A DNA stretch of 64,000 nucleotides from Eledone cirrhosa (Eukaryota): positions 39,866,001 to 39,930,000 of the forward strand of contig OZ024741.1 of assembly GCA_964016885.1 (NCBI GenBank), given 5' to 3'. Under the pieces are notes generated by a model. The model worked only from the letters and a program-made list of their open reading frames with translations. It made no database searches and was not told the DNA's origin. A program made the translations under genes and the position numbers. This document shows positions 62,040 to 64,000 of the stretch, piece after piece (position 1 is the first letter of the stretch; every line of letters begins with the position of its first letter).

Positions 62040-62600
62040 ATTCATATCGGGTGGGTAGCGATATAATAACAATTTGTTGACTGCCAAGACATAAGAGTGG
62101 TGGGTCACCTAACCAGTGGAAGGCAACCCTTCCACAAAAAGCGGAGTAACAGTCTTTCCAATGTGGTTATACGAGGACTTGGACATGGTGCGATGGTCCA
62201 GAGCCCCATGACATGGGTTTGCCTCTCTCGGTGCTGGGCCGCAAGTCTACTGATTTCTCCGGGTTGACATTGTTCCTGCTACCACCTTTCGTTTCGTGGT
62301 TTAAAACTATTCAGGGACAGAAAAGATGAGAAAGGACATCCTTGGCGGACCAAGCGCTTGATACGAAACGATACCGAGAGATGGCTGTTTCCTTACAGAA
62401 TTGGGAATTTTCCCGTTCTGCAGCCATTCGCGGAGGATGCCAGTCAAAATGTTGCTGAACAAATCTGGCATATAATAGTACGTCGAGAAGACCAGCCAAA
62501 CTGGAGGATCTGCGTCTCACGCAATCACTCATCGTATTCTCTATCTTAGCTGCCGTTATCCGACTTTCACAGCGTCTAGCAGCTCCGACTCCAACTCGCA
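62040..62600 (+). mobile_element. Possible degraded 5' end of an RTE-type LINE (APE endonuclease remnant)
   Basis: GC-richer island; frameshifted SAAIRGG..MLLNKS.YNS and ILSCRYPT resemble the APE motifs GGVGMLL and IISCYSPT. Confidence 0.4.
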
Positions 62601-62604
62601 ATAA

Positions 62605-62790
62605 TAATAATTGTTTCTACTTTTGGCACAAAGCCAGCAATTATCCCAGTGTATTACTGGTACTTTATTTTATCGACCCCGTAAGGATGAAAGGCAAAGT
62701 TAATCTCGGCGGGATTTGAACTTAGACTGTAAAGGGACGTAACTATGCTGGAAAGCATGGGGTCCGACCCTCTGCCAATACTGCCAATCT
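62605..62790 (-). mobile_element. SINE copy
   Basis: Family motifs. Confidence 0.87.
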
Positions 62791-63660
62791 ACCTAATAAT
62801 AATTTCTTTTATTTGTCACAAGGGCGCTGAACGTAGAGAACATTGAAAAGATAATATGCCGCTTAACATGAAATGTTAGTGTGGAAAAAAGGAGTATACA
62901 TAGTATACATGACGATGATAATTCTCTTGATGCTGGAGAATGTCCAAATAGAGACGTTAACTGGATCCGTCCGAGATGTGACGGCTTACGGTAATTCCGT
63001 CTATGTAGAGTTTATTTGGAATAGACAATGCGCACCAACGGGAGCACTAACAAGCCACATCATTGCATCTACTTTTGGCATTAGGCCACCAATTTGAAGG
63101 GAAATAGAATGTCAATTAAATTAACCTTAGTGTATTACTGGTACTATATGTTATTGATCGCAAAGCTAACGACGTGACGTAAAGAGCTGGAATAACCTTA
63201 AATTATTTCCCCTGACGTTCTAATTATTCCATCAATCCCCACCCTAAACGACAACAAAAACAACAATAATAATAATCATTCTCAGCATTATCGTCTTTAA
63301 TATGGCTCTTCTTCTTCTTCTTCTTCTCCCTGTGTTCCTTTGGCCTGGGTGTCAGGAAGTCTAGTACTGTCCATTGTGTCCTACCAAAGCCTGCATTCCC
63401 TTAGCCATTCGAAGACAAAAGACGTCTATAGGTTCTTAATCTCTTGCCAGCCGTTTCATTTAAATCCTGGTTTATAATTTCAAACCACAATATTTTCCCA
63501 CTAGACGTCATGTGTGTCTCTTCATGTCGCTGCTAGCATTGTCTAAATATATTTGTACTTATTTAAAAGTCTTTTGTGTGTTCTGTTTGTATTGTGTGAA
63601 TGTCTTGTGGTGTATCTGTGTGCGTGAGTATGTGTGTCTGTTTGTGTGTTTGTCCGTATA

Positions 63661-63691
<31 letters not shown>

Positions 63692-63702
63692 GCGTGTGTC
63701 TG

Positions 63703-63757
<55 letters not shown>

Positions 63758-63862
63758 ATGTATATATATATATAAATAAATAAATATATATATATTCATT
63801 TATTTGTATATATATTTATAAATACATATATAAAAAAAAGTATACATACGTACATATAAATG

Positions 63863-63939
<77 letters not shown>

Positions 63940-64000
63940 TTCTATACACATATATATCGATATGTACACGTATACGAAGATATCTAAATATACATGTATG

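Overview
AT-rich, microsatellite-saturated animal genomic DNA; the SINE and repeat content suggests a cephalopod/mollusc such as Octopus (inference, not verifiable here). The only host coding sequence is the terminal exon of a Pitx homeobox gene (4259-4783, +; K50 homeodomain end plus OAR motif). The rest is mobile DNA: a ~13 kb all-minus-strand pile of R4/Dong-type RLE LINEs chained through (TAA)n tracts, about 30 copies or fragments of a tRNA-derived Nin-domain-like SINE, two Penelope-like elements (PLEs), RTE, Helitron/Helentron and MITE remnants. The most striking unannotated signal, folded by eye, is about two dozen type I hammerhead ribozyme (HHR) motifs from a dozen or more unrelated short non-coding families. 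Nearly all sit inside (TA)n tracts, often in fold-back or more-than-unit-length arrangements, and some junctions fall at the predicted cleavage site. Core variants include U3-A8 covariation, CUU and AUA/AUU triplets and CAGA cores. This looks like a diverse PLE-mobilised retrozyme-like system. Almost all ORFs in the supplied track are microsatellite artefacts.
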